From Eubacterium sp. (GTDB lineage: Bacteria > Bacillota > Clostridia > Peptostreptococcales > Anaerovoracaceae), in contig JBJFHK010000281.1 of assembly GCA_051893535.1 (NCBI GenBank), positions 18,219-82,218 of the forward strand: DNA of 64,000 bases. Reading direction: 5' to 3'. The position numbers and the translations under genes were made by a program. The notes beneath the pieces are model-generated. The model made no database searches. It was not told the origin of the DNA and saw only the letters and a list, made by a program, of their open reading frames with translations. Positions 62,542 through 64,000 of this stretch are shown piece after piece (position 1 is the first letter of the stretch; each line of letters starts with the position of its first letter).

Positions 62542-64000
62542 ATGAGTTTAATGGAGAAAATTTTCGGCGATCTGAATAAGAAAGAGATCCGCAAGATCGA
62601 AAAGATCGCAGCGAAAGTTGAAGCGTTTGATGACGAGATCTCAGCGCTTTCCGATGAGGAATTGAAGGCAAAGACACCGTATTTCAAAGAGCGTCTGAAG
62701 AATGGAGAGACGCTGGATGATATTCTGCCGGAGGCATTCGCCGTTGCCCGCGAAGGTGCCTACAGAAGTGTCGGCATGAAGCCGTTCCACGTACAGATCC
62801 TCGGAGGCATCGTCCTGCATCAGGGAAGAATCGCCGAGATGAAAACCGGTGAAGGAAAAACCCTGGTAGCGACACTGCCGGTTTACCTGAACGCGCTGGA
62901 AGGAAAGGGCGTCCACGTAGTCACCGTCAACGATTACCTGGCAAAGCGTGACTCCGAGTGGATGGGAAAGGTTTACACCTTCCTGGGACTGACCGTCGGC
63001 TGCGTCATTCACGGCATTTCCGAAGAAGAAAGAAAGGCCGCTTACCGCGCAGATGTCACCTACGGAACCAACAACGAGTTCGGTTTTGACTATCTGAGAG
63101 ACAACATGGTTACCTATAAGGAAGAGCTGACTCAGCGCGAGCTGCATTACGCCATCGTCGATGAGGTCGACTCCATCCTGATCGATGAGGCCAGAACCCC
63201 GCTGATCATTTCCGGTGAGGGAACCAAGTCCACAGATCTGTATCGCCGGGCGGATGATTTTGTCAGAACACTGACCGAGAAGGACGACTACGAGATCGAG
63301 GAGAAGGACGACCAGATCGCCCTGACCGATGCCGGAGTTGCCAAGGCTGAGGAATACTTCGACCTGGAGAACTTCGCAGATCCGGAGAACATGGAGATCA
63401 ACCACAACGTACAGGAAGCTCTCCGTGCGGAATACATGATGAAGAGAGACAAAGACTACATCGTCAAGGATGGAGAAATCGTCATCGTCGATGAGTTCAC
63501 CGGCCGTCTGATGTACGGACGCCGTTACAGCAACGGTCTGCACCAGGCCATCGAGGCCAAGGAGCATGTTCTGGTCCGTTCCGAGTCCAAGACGCTGGCA
63601 ACCATCACCCTGCAGAACTACTTCAGAATGTACGACAAGCTCGCCGGAATGACTGGTACTGCGAAAACTGAGGAAGACGAGTTCCGTGATATTTACAACA
63701 TGGACGTTGTTGTCATCCCGACCAACAAGCCGGTTATTCGTCAGGACCTGCAGGACTCTGTATATCAGACAGAAAAGGGTAAGTTCAAGGCGATTGCAAA
63801 ACGTGTAGAGGAAGTACACAAGACAGGACAGCCGGTTCTGGTCGGTACGATTTCCATTGAGAAATCTGAGCTGATCAGCGACATGCTGGATAAGAAGGGC
63901 ATTCCGCACAACGTATTGAATGCGAAGCAGCATGAGCGCGAGGCGGAAATCGTTGCGCAGGCCGGACGCAAGGGTGCGGTAACCATCGCGACCAACATGG
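62542..64000 (+). CDS. secA: Preprotein translocase SecA (5' part; runs off the window; not in ORF track)
   Basis: Manual translation [50 protein letters not shown]; AGGAGG RBS. Confidence 0.98.
   Translation, partial: MSLMEKIFGDLNKKEIRKIEKIAAKVEAFDDEISALSDEELKAKTPYFKERLKNGETLDDILPEAFAVAREGAYRSVGMKPFHVQILGGIVLHQGRIAEMKTGEGKTLVATLPVYLNALEGKGVHVVTVNDYLAKRDSEWMGKVYTFLGLTVGCVIHGISEEERKAAYRADVTYGTNNEFGFDYLRDNMVTYKEELTQRELHYAIVDEVDSILIDEARTPLIISGEGTKSTDLYRRADDFVRTLTEKDDYEIEEKDDQIALTDAGVAKAEEYFDLENFADPENMEINHNVQEALRAEYMMKRDKDYIVKDGEIVIVDEFTGRLMYGRRYSNGLHQAIEAKEHVLVRSESKTLATITLQNYFRMYDKLAGMTGTAKTEEDEFRDIYNMDVVVIPTNKPVIRQDLQDSVYQTEKGKFKAIAKRVEEVHKTGQPVLVGTISIEKSELISDMLDKKGIPHNVLNAKQHEREAEIVAQAGRKGAVTIATNM

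Noticed and set aside
62641-63933. 430-aa minus-strand ORF
   Set aside because: It is antisense to secA, which the track missed because secA runs off the window end.

Overview
This is the replication-origin region of an anaerobic Firmicute chromosome. Gene content and the sigB-after-gyrA synteny suggest Clostridia, probably Peptostreptococcales/Eubacterium-like (an inference). Left arm, minus strand: rpmH-rnpA-yidD-yidC-jag-mnmE-mnmG-rsmG-soj-spo0J (two parS sites)-gdpP-rplI-dnaB-dnaD-like-divIC-rnmV-rsmA-ltaS-like-sanA, then plsC, a PAP2 phosphatase and a rubredoxin. A bipartite oriC flanks dnaA, with DnaA boxes and DnaA-trios. Right arm: dnaA-dnaN-recF-gyrB-gyrA-rsbW-sigB, followed by a looser region with long spacers. 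That region holds a small alarmone synthetase, a two-component system, three EamA transporters, rnhA, walJ-like, rlmH, cbiL, a purine-salvage cluster, TauE+LysR, cobT-cobU-cobS-cobU'-cobC, a DUF4143-type ATPase, birA, a CorC/HlyC protein and the 5' part of secA. I saw no rRNA, tRNA, CRISPR array, integrase or transposase. The best novelty candidates are four. (1) A DnaD-like protein fused to what looks like the N-terminal Zn-binding half of the clostridial helicase loader, with no AAA+ ATPase. (2) An RsbW whose ATP-pocket motifs are replaced by Cys/His residues, in a sigB operon lacking rsbV. (3) A palindrome-dense 1.5-kb non-coding spacer between duplicated EamA genes. (4) An alarmone synthetase with an OmpR/CiaR-like box next to a two-component system. 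All family assignments are by eye from motifs; no database search was run.
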